Below, piece by piece: positions 35,101 through 49,849 of a DNA stretch of 64,000 nucleotides. Below the pieces are notes generated by a model that worked only from the letters and a program-made list of their open reading frames with translations, was not told where the DNA came from and searched no databases. Source of the stretch: Bugula neritina (Eukaryota > Animalia > Bryozoa); contig OZ037768.1 of assembly GCA_964035545.1 (NCBI GenBank), forward strand, positions 15,233,675 to 15,297,674, in the 5' to 3' direction. Position numbers and translations under genes: made by a program. Numbering within the stretch: the stretch's first letter is position 1; each line of letters begins with the position of its first letter.

Positions 35101-38100
35101 ACTGAAATATACTTCAACATACTGAAAAATACCTAAAAATATTGAAACATACTGAAATACACTGTAACATACTGAAATACACTGCAACACATTGGAATAT
35201 ACTGCAACATACTGAAATATATGGTAACCTACTGAAATATGTTGCAAACTTCTGAAACATACTGCAACATACTGCAACATAATGAAATACACTGCAACAT
35301 ACTGAAAGATACCGTAACATACTGAAATACACTGCAACATACTGAAATACACTGTAACATAATGAAACACACTGCAACACATTGAAACATTCCGCAACAT
35401 ACCGAAATATATGGTAACCTAATGAAATATACTGTAACACGTTGAAGTTCACTGCAACACATTGAAATATACTGCAACATACCGAATTTCACTTCAACAT
35501 ACTGAAAAATAACTAAACAAATTGAAAGATGCTGAAATACACTGTAACATACTGAAATACACTGTAACACAATGAAATGCACAGCAACACATTGAAATAT
35601 ACCGCGACATACCAAAATGTATGGTAACCTACTGAACTCTACTGTAACACATTGAAAGATACTGCAACATACTGAAATACACTGCAACACACTGAAGTAT
35701 ACTGTCATATACAGAAATGAACTGTCAAACACTGAAACATACTTCAACATACTGAAAGCTACCTAAAAATATTGAAACATTATGAAATACACTGTGACAC
35801 ACTGAAATATACTGCAACATACCGAACTCTATGGTAACCTACTGAAATAGCTTACAAACTACTGAAATATACTGCAAGATACTGCAACATACTGAAACAC
35901 ATTGTAAGTTACTGAAATACACTGCAACATACTGCAACATACTGCAACATACTGCAACATACTGAAATACACTGTAACATATTGAAAAACACTGATACAC
36001 ATTGAAATATACTGCAACATACTGAAACATACGGCATTATACTGAAATATACTGCGACACATTGAAGTATACTGCAACATACTGAAATACACTGTAACAT
36101 ATTGAAATGCACTGCAACACATTGAAATATACCGCAACATACCGAAATGTTTGGTAACCTACTGAAATATGCTGTAACACATTGAAATATACTGCAAAAC
36201 ATTGAAATATACCGCAACATACTGAAATATGCTAAAGCATACTGAAAAACACTGCAAGAGACCGAAGTATACTGTAATATACAGAAATGTACTGTAACAT
36301 ACTGAAACTTATGGCAACATACCTAATAATACTGCAATATACTTAAATATACCGCAACAAACTGAATAAACTGCAACGTACCGCAACATACTGCAACGTA
36401 TTGAAATACACTGTTATATATTGAAAAACACTGCAACACATTGAAAAATACTGCAACATACTGAAACATACGGCAACATACTGAAATGTACTGCGACACA
36501 TTAAAATATACTGCAACATACTGAAATACACCGTAACATACTAAACTCCACTGCAACATTCTGAATTACACTGTAACACATTGAAATACACTGCTACACA
36601 TTGAATTATACTGAAATACATTGTAAGACACTGAAATACACTGAAACATACTGCAACATAATGAAGTATATGGTAACCTACTGAAATATGTTGAATACTA
36701 CTGAAATATACTGCAACATAATGCAACATAATGAAAGATACTGCAACATACTGAAATAAACAGCAAGACACTGCAACATACTGAAATACACTGTAACATA
36801 CTGAAATACACTGTAACATATTGAAATACACTGCAACATACTGCAACATACTGAAAAACACTGTAACATATTGAAATACACTGCAACACATTGAAACATT
36901 CCGCAATATACCGAAATATATGTTAACCTAATGAAATATACTGTAACACGTTGAAGTACACTGCAACATACTGAAATACACTGCAACACACTAAGGTATA
37001 CCGTAATTTACAGAAATTCACTGTAACATACTGAAACATGCGGCAACATATTGAAATATACTGCAACACATTGAAATATACTGCAACTTACTGAAATGTG
37101 CTGTAGCGTACTGAAATACACAAAAACACACTGAAGTATACTGTAATATACAGAAATATACTGTAAAAAAGTGAAATATACTTCAACATACTGAAAAATA
37201 CCTGAAAATATTGAAACATACTGAAATACACTGTAACATACTGAAATACACTGCAACACATTGGAATATACTGCAACATACCGAAATATATGGTAACCTA
37301 CTGAAATATGTTACAAACTTCTGAAACATACTGCAACATACTGCAACATAATGAAATACACTGCAACATACTGAAAAATACTGCAACATACTGCAACATA
37401 CTGAAATACACTGTAACATACTGAAATATGCTGCAACATACTGAAATATACTGCAAGATACTGCAACATACTGAAATACATTGTAAGATACTGAAATACA
37501 CTGCAACATACTGTAACATCCTGCAACATATTGAAACACCCCTTAACATATTGAAAAACACTGCAACACCATGAAATATACTGCAACATAATGAAACATA
37601 CGGCAACATACTGAAATATACTGCGACACATTGAAATATACTGCAACATACTGAAATATGCTGTAGCATACTGAAATACACTGCAACACACTGAAGTATA
37701 CTGTATTATACAGAATATTACTGTAACATACTGAAACATACGTCAACATACTGAAATGTACTGCAAAATGCTGAAATATACTGCAACATACTGAAACACA
37801 TTGTAAGACACTTAAATACAATGCAACATACCGCAACATACGGCAACGTATTGAAATACACTGTAACATATTGAAAAACACTGCAACACATTGAAATATA
37901 CTGCAACATACTGAAACATACAGCAACATACTGAAATATACTGCGACACATTGAAATACAATGCAACATACTGAAATATGCTTTAGCATACTGAAATACA
38001 CTGCAATACACTGAAGTATACTGTAATATACAGAAACGTACTGTTACATACTGAAACGTACGGCAACATACTAAAATATACTGCGACACATTGAAATATA

Positions 38101-41100
38101 CTGCAACATACTGAAATACACCGTAGCATACTAAACTCCACTGCAACATTGTGAAATACACTGTAACTCATTGAAATACACTGCAACACATTGAGTTATA
38201 CTGAAATACATTGTGGGATACTGAAATACACTGCAACATACTGCAACATGATGGAATATATGGTAACCTACTGAAATATGTTGAAAACTACTGAAATATA
38301 CTGCAACATAATGCAACATAATGAAAGATACTGCAACATACTGAAATAAACTGCAAGATACTGCAACATACTGAAATACACTGTAACATACTGAAATACA
38401 CTGTAACATATTGAAATACACTGCAACACATTGAAACATTCCGCAACATACCGAAATATATGGTAACCTAATGAAATATAGTGTAACACGTTGAAGTACA
38501 CTGCAACATACTGAAATACACTGCAACACACTAAAGTGTACTGTAATTTACAGAAATGTACTGTAACATACTGAAACATGCGGCAACATATTGAAATATA
38601 CTGCAACACATTGAAATATACTGCAACTTACTGAAATGTGCTGCAGCATACTGAAATACACTGCAACACAGTGAAGTATACTCTAATATACAGAAATGTA
38701 CTGTAAAATACTGAAATATACTGCAACATACCGAAATATATGGTAACCAACTGAAGTATGTTGCAAACTACTGAAATATACTGCAACATACTGAAATACA
38801 CCGTAACATACTGAAATACACTGCAACATACTGAAATACACTGTAACATATTGAAATAGACTGCAACACACCAAAATATACCTAAACATACCAAAAAATA
38901 TGGTAAACTACTGAAATATGGTACAAACTATTGAAACATACTGCAACATAATGAAATATACTGCAACATACTGAAAGATATTGCAACATACTGCAACATA
39001 CTGAAATACACTGTAGAATACTGCAATATACTGCAACATACTGAAACATACTGCAAGATACTGCAAAATACTGAAATACATTGTAAGATACCTAAATACA
39101 CTGCAACATACTGCAACATACTGCAACATATTGAAATACACTGTAACATATTGAAAAACACTACAACACATTGAAATATACCGCAACATACCGAAGTATA
39201 TGGTAGCCTACTGAAATATACTGCGACATATTGAAATATACCACAACATAATGAAATATGCTGTAACATACTAAGACATACTGCAACATACGGAAATATA
39301 ATGCAACATACTGAAATATACTCCAACATACTAAAATACACTGCAACACACTGCAACATACTGAAATATACTGCAACATACTGAAATACACTGTAACATA
39401 CTGAATTACACTGCAACATACTGTAACATACTGAAGTTCACTGCAACACATTGAAATAAACTGCAACATACGAAATTATACTTCAACATACTAAGAAACA
39501 CCGAAAAATATTGAAACATGCTGTAATACACTGTAACATACTGAAATACACTGTAACATATTGGAATGCACTGCAACACATTGAAATATACCACAACATA
39601 CCGAAATGTTTGGTAACCTACTGAAATATGCTGTAACACATTGAAACATACTGCAACACATTGAAATAAACCGCAACATACTGAAATATGCTACAGCATA
39701 CTGAAATACACTGCAAGACACTGAAGTATACTGTAGTATACACTGTAACATACTGAAATCTATGGCAACATACTTAAATGTACTGCAACATACTTAAGTA
39801 TACTGCAACAAACTGAATATACGGTAACCTACCGAAATATGTTGTAAACTCCTAAAATATACTAAGTCACCAAAAAATATTGCAGTTCTGCAACATAATG
39901 TAATATACCGCAAAAAAATTGAAATATCTTGCAACAGCTTAAGAGATACTGCAAAATACTGCAACATACTGAAATACACTGTAACATACTGAATTACACT
40001 GCAACATACTGCAAAATACTGAAAAATACTGTAACATACTAAAACATACTGCAACAAACTGAAAACTAATACAAAATATTGAATTACACTGCAACATACT
40101 GAATTAAACTTCAACATACTGAAACATACCTAAAAATATCGAAACACACTGAAATACACTGTAACATTCTGAAATACACTGCAACAAATTGGAATATACT
40201 GCAACATACCGAAATATATGGTAACCTACTGAAATATGTTGCAAACTACTGAATTATACTGCAACATACTGCAACATAATGAAGTATACTGCAACATACT
40301 GAAAAATACTGCAGGATTCTGCAACATACTGAAATACACTGTAACATACTCTAAGACACTGCAACATACTGAAATATACTGCAAGATACTGCAAAATAAT
40401 GAAACACAATGTAAGATACTGAAATACACTGCAACATACTGCAACATACTGCAACATATTGAAATACACTGTAACCTATTGAAAAACACTGTAACACATT
40501 GAAATATACTGCAACATACAGAAACATACGGCAACATCCTGAAATATACTGCTACACATTGAAGTATACTGTAATACACAGAAATGTACTGTAACATACT
40601 GAAAAGTACTGCAACATGCTGAAATATACTGCAAAATACTGAATTACACTGTAACGTACTGAAATACACTGCAACATACTGAAATTTACTGTAACATATT
40701 AAAATACACTGCAACACACTGAAATATACTGAAATATATCGAAATATATGGTAACCTACTGAAATATGTTGCAAACCACTGAAATATACTGCAACATACT
40801 GCAACATAATGAAGTATACTGCAACATACTGAAATATACTGCAGGATACTGCAACATTCTGAAATACACTGTAACATACTGAAATACACTGCAACATACT
40901 GAAATATACTGCATGATACTGCAACATACTGAAACACATTGTAAGACACTTAAATACACTGCAACATACCGCAACATACGGCATTGTATTGAAATACACT
41001 GTAACATATTGAAAAACACTGCAACACATTGAAATATACTGCAACACACTGAAACATACAGCAACATACTGAAATATACTGCAACACATTGAAATACAAT

Positions 41101-44100
41101 GCAACATACTGAAATATGCTGTAGCATACTGAAATACACTGCAATACACTGAAGTATACTGTAATATACAGAAACGTACTGTTACATACTGAAACGTACG
41201 GCAACATACTAAAATATACTGCGACACATTGAAATATACTGCAACAAACTGAAATACACCGTAACATACTAAACTTCACTGCAACATTCTGAAATACACT
41301 GTAACACATTGAAATACACTGCAACACATTGAATTATACTGAAATACATTGTAAGATACTGAAATACACTGCAACATACTGCAACATAATGAAATATATG
41401 GTAACCTACTGAAATATGTTGAAAACTACTGAAATATACTGCAACATAATGCAACATTATGAAAGATACTGCAACATACTGAAATAAACTGCAAGATACT
41501 GCAACATACTGAAATACACTGTAAAATACTGAAATACACTGTAACATATTGAAATACACTGCAACATACTGCAAAATACTGAAAAACACTGTAACATTTT
41601 GAAATACACTGCAACACACTGAAACATTCCGCAACATACTGAAATATATGGTAACCTAATGAAATATACTGTAACACGTTGAAGTACACTGCAACATACT
41701 GAACTACACTGCAACCCACTAAAGTATACTGTAATTTACAGAAATGTAATGTAACATACTGAAACATGCGGCAACATATTGAAATATACTGCAACACATT
41801 GAAATATACTGCAACTTACTGAAATGTGCTGTAGCATACTGAAATACACTGCAACACACTGAAGTATACTGTAATATACAGAAATGTACTGTAAAATACT
41901 GAAATATACTTCAACATACTGAAAAATACCTAAAAATATTGAAACATACTGAAATACACTGTAACATACTGAAATACACTGCAACACATTGGAATATACT
42001 GCAACATACCGAAATATATGGTAACCTACTGAAATATGTTGCAAACTTCTGAAACATACTGCAACATACTGCAACATAATGAAATACACTGCAACATACT
42101 GAAAGATACCGTAACATACTGAAATACACTGCAACATACTGAAATACACTGTAACATAATGAAACACACTGCAACACATTGAAACATTCCGCAACATACC
42201 GAAATATATGGTAACCTAATGAAATATACTGTAACACGTTGAAGTTCACTGCAACACATTGAAATATACTGCAACATATCGAATTTCACTTCAACATACT
42301 GAAAAATAACTAAACAAATTGAAAGATGCTGAAATACACTGTAACATACTGAAATACACTGTAACACAATGAAATGCACAGCAACACATTGAAATATACC
42401 GCGACATACCAAAATGTATGGTAACCTACTGAACTCTACTGTAACACATTGAAAGATACTGCAACATACTGAAATACACTGCAACACACCGAAGTATACT
42501 GTCATATACAGAAATGTACTGTCAAACACTGAAATATACTTCAACATACTGAAAACTACCTAAAAATATTGAAACATTATGAAATACACTGTAACACACT
42601 GAAATATACTGCAACATACCGAACTCTATGGTAACCTACTGAAAAATCTTACAAACTACTCTTACTGCAACATACTGCAACATACTGCAACATACTGAAA
42701 TACACTGTAACATATTGAAAAACACTGATACACATTGAAATATACTGCAACATACTGAAACATACGGCATTATACTGAAATATACTGCGACACATTGAAA
42801 TATACTGCAACATACTGAAATACACTGTAACATATTGAAATGCACTGCAACACATTGAAATATACCGCAACTTACCGAAATGTTTGGTAACCTACTGTAA
42901 TATGCTGTAACACATTGAAATATACTGCAAAACATTGAAATATACCGCAACATACTGAAATATGCTAAAGCATACTGAAAAACACTGCAAGAGACCGAAG
43001 TATACTGTAATATACAGAAATGTACTGTAACATACTGAAACTTATGGCAACATACTTAAATATACTGCAATATACTTAAATATACCGCAACAAACTGAAT
43101 ACAGTGCAACGTACCGCAACATACTGCAACGTATTGAAATACACTGTAATATATTGAAAAACACTGCAACACATTGAAAAATACTGCAACATACTGAAAC
43201 ATACGGCAACATACTGAAATACACTGCGACACATTGAAATATAGTGCAACATACTCAAATATGCTGTAGCATACTGTAATACACTGCAATACACTGAAGT
43301 ATACTGTAATATACAGAAACGTACTGTAACATACTGAAATATACTGCGACACATTAAAATATACTGCAACATACTGAAATACACCGTAACATACTAAACT
43401 CCACTGCAACATTCTGAATTACACTGTAACACATTGAAATACACTGCTACACCTTGAATTATACTGAAATACATTGTAAGACACTGAAATACACTGAAGC
43501 ATACTGCAACATAATGAAGTAAATGGTAACCTACTGAAATATGTTGAATACTACTGAAATATACTGCAACATAATGCAACATAATGAAAGATACTGCAAC
43601 ATACTGAAATAAACAGCAAGACACTGCAACATACTGAAATACACTGTAACATACTGAAATACACTGTAACATATTGAAATACACTGCAACATACTGCAAC
43701 ATACTGAAAAACACTGTAACATATTGAAATACACTGCAACACATTGAAACATTCCGCAATATACCGAAATATATGTTAACCTAATGAAATATACTGTAAC
43801 ACGTTGAAGTACACTGCAACATACTGAAATACACTGCAACACACTAAGGTATACCGTAATTTACAGAAATGTACTGTAACATACTGAAACATGCGGCAAC
43901 ATATTGAAATATACTGCAACACATTGAAATATACTGCAACTTACTGAAATGTGCTGTAGCATACATAAATACACTAAAACACACTGAAGTATACTGTAAT
44001 ATACAGAAATATACTGTAAAAAAACTGAAATATACTTCAACATACTGAAAAATACCTGAAAATATTGAAACATACTGAAATACACTGTAACATACTGAAA

Positions 44101-44650
44101 TACACTGCAACACATTGGAATATACTGCAACATACCGAAATATATGGTAACCTACTGAAATATGTTACAAACTTCTGAAACATACTGCAACATACTGCAA
44201 CATAATGATATACACTGCAACATACTGAAAAATACTGCAACATACTGCAACATACTGAAATACACTGTAACATACTGAAATATGCTGCAACATACTGAAA
44301 TATACTGCAAGATACTGCAACATACTGAAATACATTGTAAGATACTGAAATACACTGCAACATACTGTAACATCCTGCAACATATTGAAACACCCCTTAA
44401 CATATTGAAAAACACTGCAACACCATGAAATATACTGCAACACAATGAAACATATGGCAACATACTGAAATATACTGCGACACATTGAAATATACTGCAA
44501 CATACTGAAATATGCTGTAGCATACTGAAATACACCGCAACACACTGAAGTATACTGTATTATACAGAATATTACTGTAACATACTGAAACATACGTCAA
44601 CATACTGAAATGTACTGCAAAATGCTGAAGTATACTGCAACATACTGAAA
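31090..44650 (+). repeat. Older ~6.7-6.85-kb higher-order repeat, 2 diverged tandem copies (~31090-37785, ~37786-44650)
   Basis: Offsets drift 6695 (31436/38131), 6715, 6707, 6727 (33499/40226), 6797, 6733, 6853-6854 (37183/44037). Shared unique markers include gaaaactaatacaaaat, aactaaacaaattgaaagatgc and gaaacaccccttaac. Confidence 0.88.
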
Positions 44651-46150
44651 CACATTGTAAGATACTGAAATACACTGCAACATACCGCAACATACTGCAA
44701 CGTATTGAAATACACTGCAACATATTGAAAAACACTGCAACACATTGAAATATACTGCAACATACTGAAACATACGGCAACATACTGAAATATACTGCGA
44801 CACATTGAAATATAGTGCAACATACTCAAATATGCTGTAGCATACTGAAATACACTGCAATACACTGAAGTATACTGTAATATACAGAAACGTACTGTAA
44901 CATACTGAAATATACTGCGACACATTGAAATATACTGCAACATACTGAAATACACCGTAACATACTAAACTCCACTGCAACATTCTGAAATACACTGTAA
45001 CTCATTGAAATACACTGCAACACATTGAATTATACTGAAATACATTGTAAGACACTGAATTAATACACTGAAACATACTGCAACATAATGAAGTATATGG
45101 TAACCTACTGAAATATGTTGAATACTACTGAAATATACTGCAACATAATGCAACATAATGAAAGATACTGCAACATACTGAAATAAACAGCAAGACACTG
45201 CAACATACTGAAATACACTGTAACATACTGAAATACACTGTAACATATTGAAAAACACTGCAACATACTGCAACATACTGAAAAACACTGTAACATATTG
45301 AAATACACTGCAACACATTGAAACATTCCGCAACATACCGAATTATATGTTAACCTAATGAAATATACTGTAACACGTTGAAGTACACTGCAACATACTG
45401 AAATACACTGCAACACACTAAGGTATACCGTAATTTACAGAAATGTACTGTAACATACTGAAACATGCGGCAACATATTGAAATATACTGCAACACATTG
45501 AAACATACTGCAACTTACTGAAATGTGCTGTAGCATACTGAAATACACTGCAACACACTGAAGTATACTGTAATATACAAAAATGTACTGTAAAAAACTG
45601 ATATATACTTCAACATACTGAAAAATACCTAAAAATATTGAAACATACTGAAATACACTGTAACATACTGAAATACACTGCAACACATTGGAATATACTG
45701 CAACATACCGAAATATATGGTAACCTACTGAAATATGTTACAAACTTCTGAAACATACTGCAACATACTACAACATAATGAAATACACTGCAACATACTG
45801 AATAATACTGCAACATACTGCAACATACTGTAATACACTGTAACATACTGAAATATGCTGCAACATACTGAAATATACTGCAAGATACTGCAACATACTG
45901 AAATACATTGTAAGATACTGAAATACACTGCAACATACTGTAACATCCTGCAACATATTGAAACACACTGTAACATATTGAAAAACACTGCAACACATTG
46001 AAATATACTGCAACATACTGAAACATACGGCAACATACTGAAATATACTGCGACACCTTGAAATATACTGCAACATACTGAAATATGCTGTAGCATACTG
46101 AAATGCACCGCAACACACTGAAGTATACTGTATTATACAGAAATGTACTG
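43110..46150 (+). repeat. ~1.57-kb tandem duplication
   Basis: Offsets 1571-1574 (atactcaaat 43251/44822; ORFs 43394/44965, 43531/45105, 44037/45610). Confidence 0.8.
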
Positions 46151-49113
46151 TAACATACTGCAACATACTGAAATACACTGTAACATATTGAAATACACTG
46201 CAACACATTAAGATAAACCGCAACATACCGAAGTATATGGTAGCCTACTGAAATATACTGTAACACATTGAAATAAACTGCAACACACTGAAGTACACTG
46301 CAACACATTGAAATATACTGCAAAATATTGAAATACACTGGAACATATTAAAATACACTGCAACACACTGAAATATACTGAAGTATACCGAAATATATGG
46401 TAACCTACTGAAATATGTTGCAAACTACTGAAACATACTGCAACATCCTGCAACAAAATGAAATATACTGTAACACACTGAAACATACTGCAAAATACTG
46501 AAATTAACTGTAACATACCAAGACATACTGCAACATACTGAAATATAATGCAACATACTGAAATATACTGCAAAATACTAAAATACACTGCAACACATTG
46601 CAACATACTGAAATATTCTGTAACATATTGAAATACACTGCAACATACTGCACCATACTGAAATACACTGTAACATCTTGAAATACACTGCAACACATTG
46701 AAATATACCGCAACATACTGAAATGTACTGTAGCATGCTGAAATATACTGCACCATACTGAAATACACTGCAACATACTGAAGCATACGGCAACATACTG
46801 AAATATAATGTGACACATTGAAATATACTGAAACATACTTAAATATGCTGTAGCATACTGAAATACACTGCAACACACTTAAGTATAGTGGGATATACAG
46901 AAATGTACTGTAACATTCTGAAACATACGGCAACCTACTAAAATATATTGCGACACATTGAAATATACTGCAACTTACTGAAATATGCTGTAGCATACTG
47001 AAATACACTGCAACACACTGAAGTATTCTGAGATATACAGAAATATACTGTAACCTACTGAAACATACGGCACCATACTAAAATATACTGCCACACATTG
47101 AAATATACTGCAACATACTGAAATATGCTGTAGCATACTGAATTACACTGCAACATACTGAAACAAACTGTAACATATTAAAATACACTGCAACACACTG
47201 AAATATACTGAAACATACCGAAATATATGGTAACCTACTGAAATATGTTGCAAACTACTGAAACATACTGCAACATCCTGCAACAAAATGAAATATACTG
47301 TAACACACTGAAGCATACTGCAAAATACTGAAATTACCTGTAACATACTAAGACATACTGCAACATACTGAAATATAATGCAACATACTGAAATATACTG
47401 AAAATACTAAAATACACTGCAACACACTGCAACATACTGAAAAATACTGTAACATACGGAAATACACTGCAACATACTGCAACATACTGAAATACACTGT
47501 AACATCTTGAATTACACTGCAACACATTGAAATATACCGCAACATACCGAAATATATGGTAGCCTACTGAAATTTACTGTAACACATTGAAATATACTGC
47601 AACATGCTGAAACAAACGGCAACATAGTGAAATATAATGCGACACATTGAAATACACTGATACATACTGAAATATGCTGTAGCATACTGAAATACACTGC
47701 AACACACTGAAGTATACTGGGATAAACAGAAATGTACTGTAACATACAGAAACATACGGCAACATACTAAAATATATTGCGACACAATGAATTATACTGC
47801 AACATACTGAAATATGCTGTAGCATACTGAAATAAACTGCAACACACTGAAGTATATTGTAATATAAAGAAATTTACTGTAACATACTGAAACATACGTC
47901 AACATACTGAAATGTACTGCAACATGCTGAAATATACTGCAACATACTGAAATACACTTTAACATACTGAATTACACTGCAACATACTGAAATACACTGT
48001 AACATATTAAAACACACTGTAACACACTGAAAAAAATTGAAACATACCGAAATGTATGGTAACCTACTGAATCATGTTGCAAACTACTGAAACATACTGC
48101 AACATCTTGCAACAAATTGAAATATACTGTAACACACTGAAACATACTGCAAAATACTGAAATTAACTGTAACCTACTAAGACATAGTGCAACATACTGA
48201 AATATAATGCAACATACTGAAATATACTGCAACATACTAAATTACACTGCAACACACTGTAACATACTGAAATATACTAAAACATATTGAAAAACACTGC
48301 AACATACTGCAACATGTTGAAATACACTGTAACATATTGAAACACACTGCAACACATTGAAACATACCGCAACATACCGAAGTATATGGTAGCCTACTGA
48401 AATATACTGTGACACATTGAAATATACTGCAACATACTGAAATACACTGCAACACACTAAAGTATACTGTGGTAAACAGAAATGTACTGTAACATACTGA
48501 AATATACTGTAACATCATGATATACACTCCAACATACTGCAGCATACTGAAATACACTGTAACATATTGAAATACACTGCAACACATTGAAATATACCGC
48601 AACATACCGACGTATATGGTAGCCTACTGAAAATTACTGTAACACAATGAAATATACTGCAACATACTGAAGTACACTGCAACACATTGAAATATACTGC
48701 AACATACCGAAGTTTATGGTAACCTACTGAAACATGTTGCAAACCACTGAAACATACTGCAACATACTGCAACAAAATGAAATATTCTGTAACCCACTGA
48801 AACATACCGCAAAATACTGAAATATACTGTAACATACTAAGACATACTGCAACATACTGAAATATAATGCAACATACTGCAACATAATGAAATATACTGC
48901 AACATGCTGAAAGATACTGCAACATACTGCAACATACTGCAACATACTGAAATACACTCTAACATACTGAAATATACTGCAACATATTGAATTATACTGC
49001 AACATACTGAAACAGACTCTGACACATTGAAATATACTGCAACATACTGAAATATACTGCAAGATACTGCAACATACTGAAATACATTGTAAGATACTGA
49101 AATACACTGCACC

Positions 49114-49116
49114 ATA
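49114..49116 (+). repeat. Target-site duplication ATA (second copy at 49873-49875)
   Basis: acc-ATA-CACAGG...CCTGTG-ATA-ctgca. TSD lengths of 2, 4 or 5 bp do not fit the flanks. Confidence 0.85.
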
Positions 49117-49139
49117 CACAGGATAGTTAAGGGCATCCT
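49117..49139 (+). repeat. Left terminal inverted repeat (CACAGGATAGTTAAGGGCAtCCT)
   Basis: 19 bp perfect and 22/23 match to the reverse complement of 49850-49872. Confidence 0.95.
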
Positions 49140-49849
49140 CAGCAAGAATATCATAAATTTCTCTCAAAATGTAGTTCAGGTTCTTGAATAATATTGCTCT
49201 GCGGGTGGCATGCGTGTTGCCTACTTGCAATTGTTTAGCCTAAGATTAAACTACAACCAATAAGCAGCAACCTTCATTAGGGCTGCGTCATCTATCAACA
49301 TTCCATTATGGGTGCTACATAAACAAAGCACCAAGCAAGCTATTCATTATAGCCTGCCAGCTAGCAAGCCTGTAATTATTATGTACGCGCCAATATCTTC
49401 TCATCCCTACGTGCTCATTGAAGCGTGAAGCACTGCGCGCTGCTAGTTTCTTATGAAAAAATATGACATTTTCAGTGTATAAATCACCAATTTATGAGCA
49501 ATCTAGCAGAGTTATTGGAAAAAGAAAAAAAGTTGCACTGGAAAAATATCTTAGGATTCCAGCAGTGCAATTTTTATTCAGATATCATGTTTTGCTGCTG
49601 AGATATTTTACTGGTACTGAAAAGTCAGCTTTTCTGGCAAAATTGGCCAAAATTGGGCAGTTTTTTGTCTATAACTTTGCAAAAAAAATGAAAATTGAAG
49701 TTTCCGAAAAACTTACACTGGGGAAAAAGAAGATCTACAACATAGTTTTTGAATTTTGACTCTAGCACAATTAGGTGAGATTTTATTTTACTGGTACTGA
49801 ATTCTTATATGATTACAATGCAAACCTCAGCAAGGCAGTTGTAGCTAAA

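Larger units (their letters stand above)
1..49116 (+). repeat. Satellite A, main array: 10-bp monomers (ATACTGCAAC / ATACTGAAAT / ACACTGTAAC variants), mostly alternating as a ~20-bp dimer, one orientation throughout
   Basis: Directly visible: nearly every 10-base block is a variant of caacatactg or aaatatactg. The + strand is A/C-rich and G-poor. No inverted segment was seen. The array runs off the left edge of the window. Confidence 0.98.

Noticed and set aside
2065-39950. CRISPR-like reading of recurring islands or motifs with intervening sequence
   Set aside because: The intervening sequence is itself satellite and kb-long, there are no unique spacers, and there are no cas genes.
42640-42670. 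Irregular stretch gaaaaatcttacaaactactcttactgc as a possible foreign insert
   Set aside because: Comparison with the paralog at ~35840-35930 shows a ~64-bp net deletion with a few altered bases, not new sequence.
48724-49230. 168-aa minus-strand ORF running from the element into the satellite
   Set aside because: Chance read-through across the TIR into the stop-free repeat strand.
49463-49759. 98-aa plus-strand ORF inside the transposon
   Set aside because: Short, K/F/I-rich as expected from AT-rich DNA, with no recognisable DDE, zinc-finger or other domain. An HMM search could overturn this, but nothing visible supports it.
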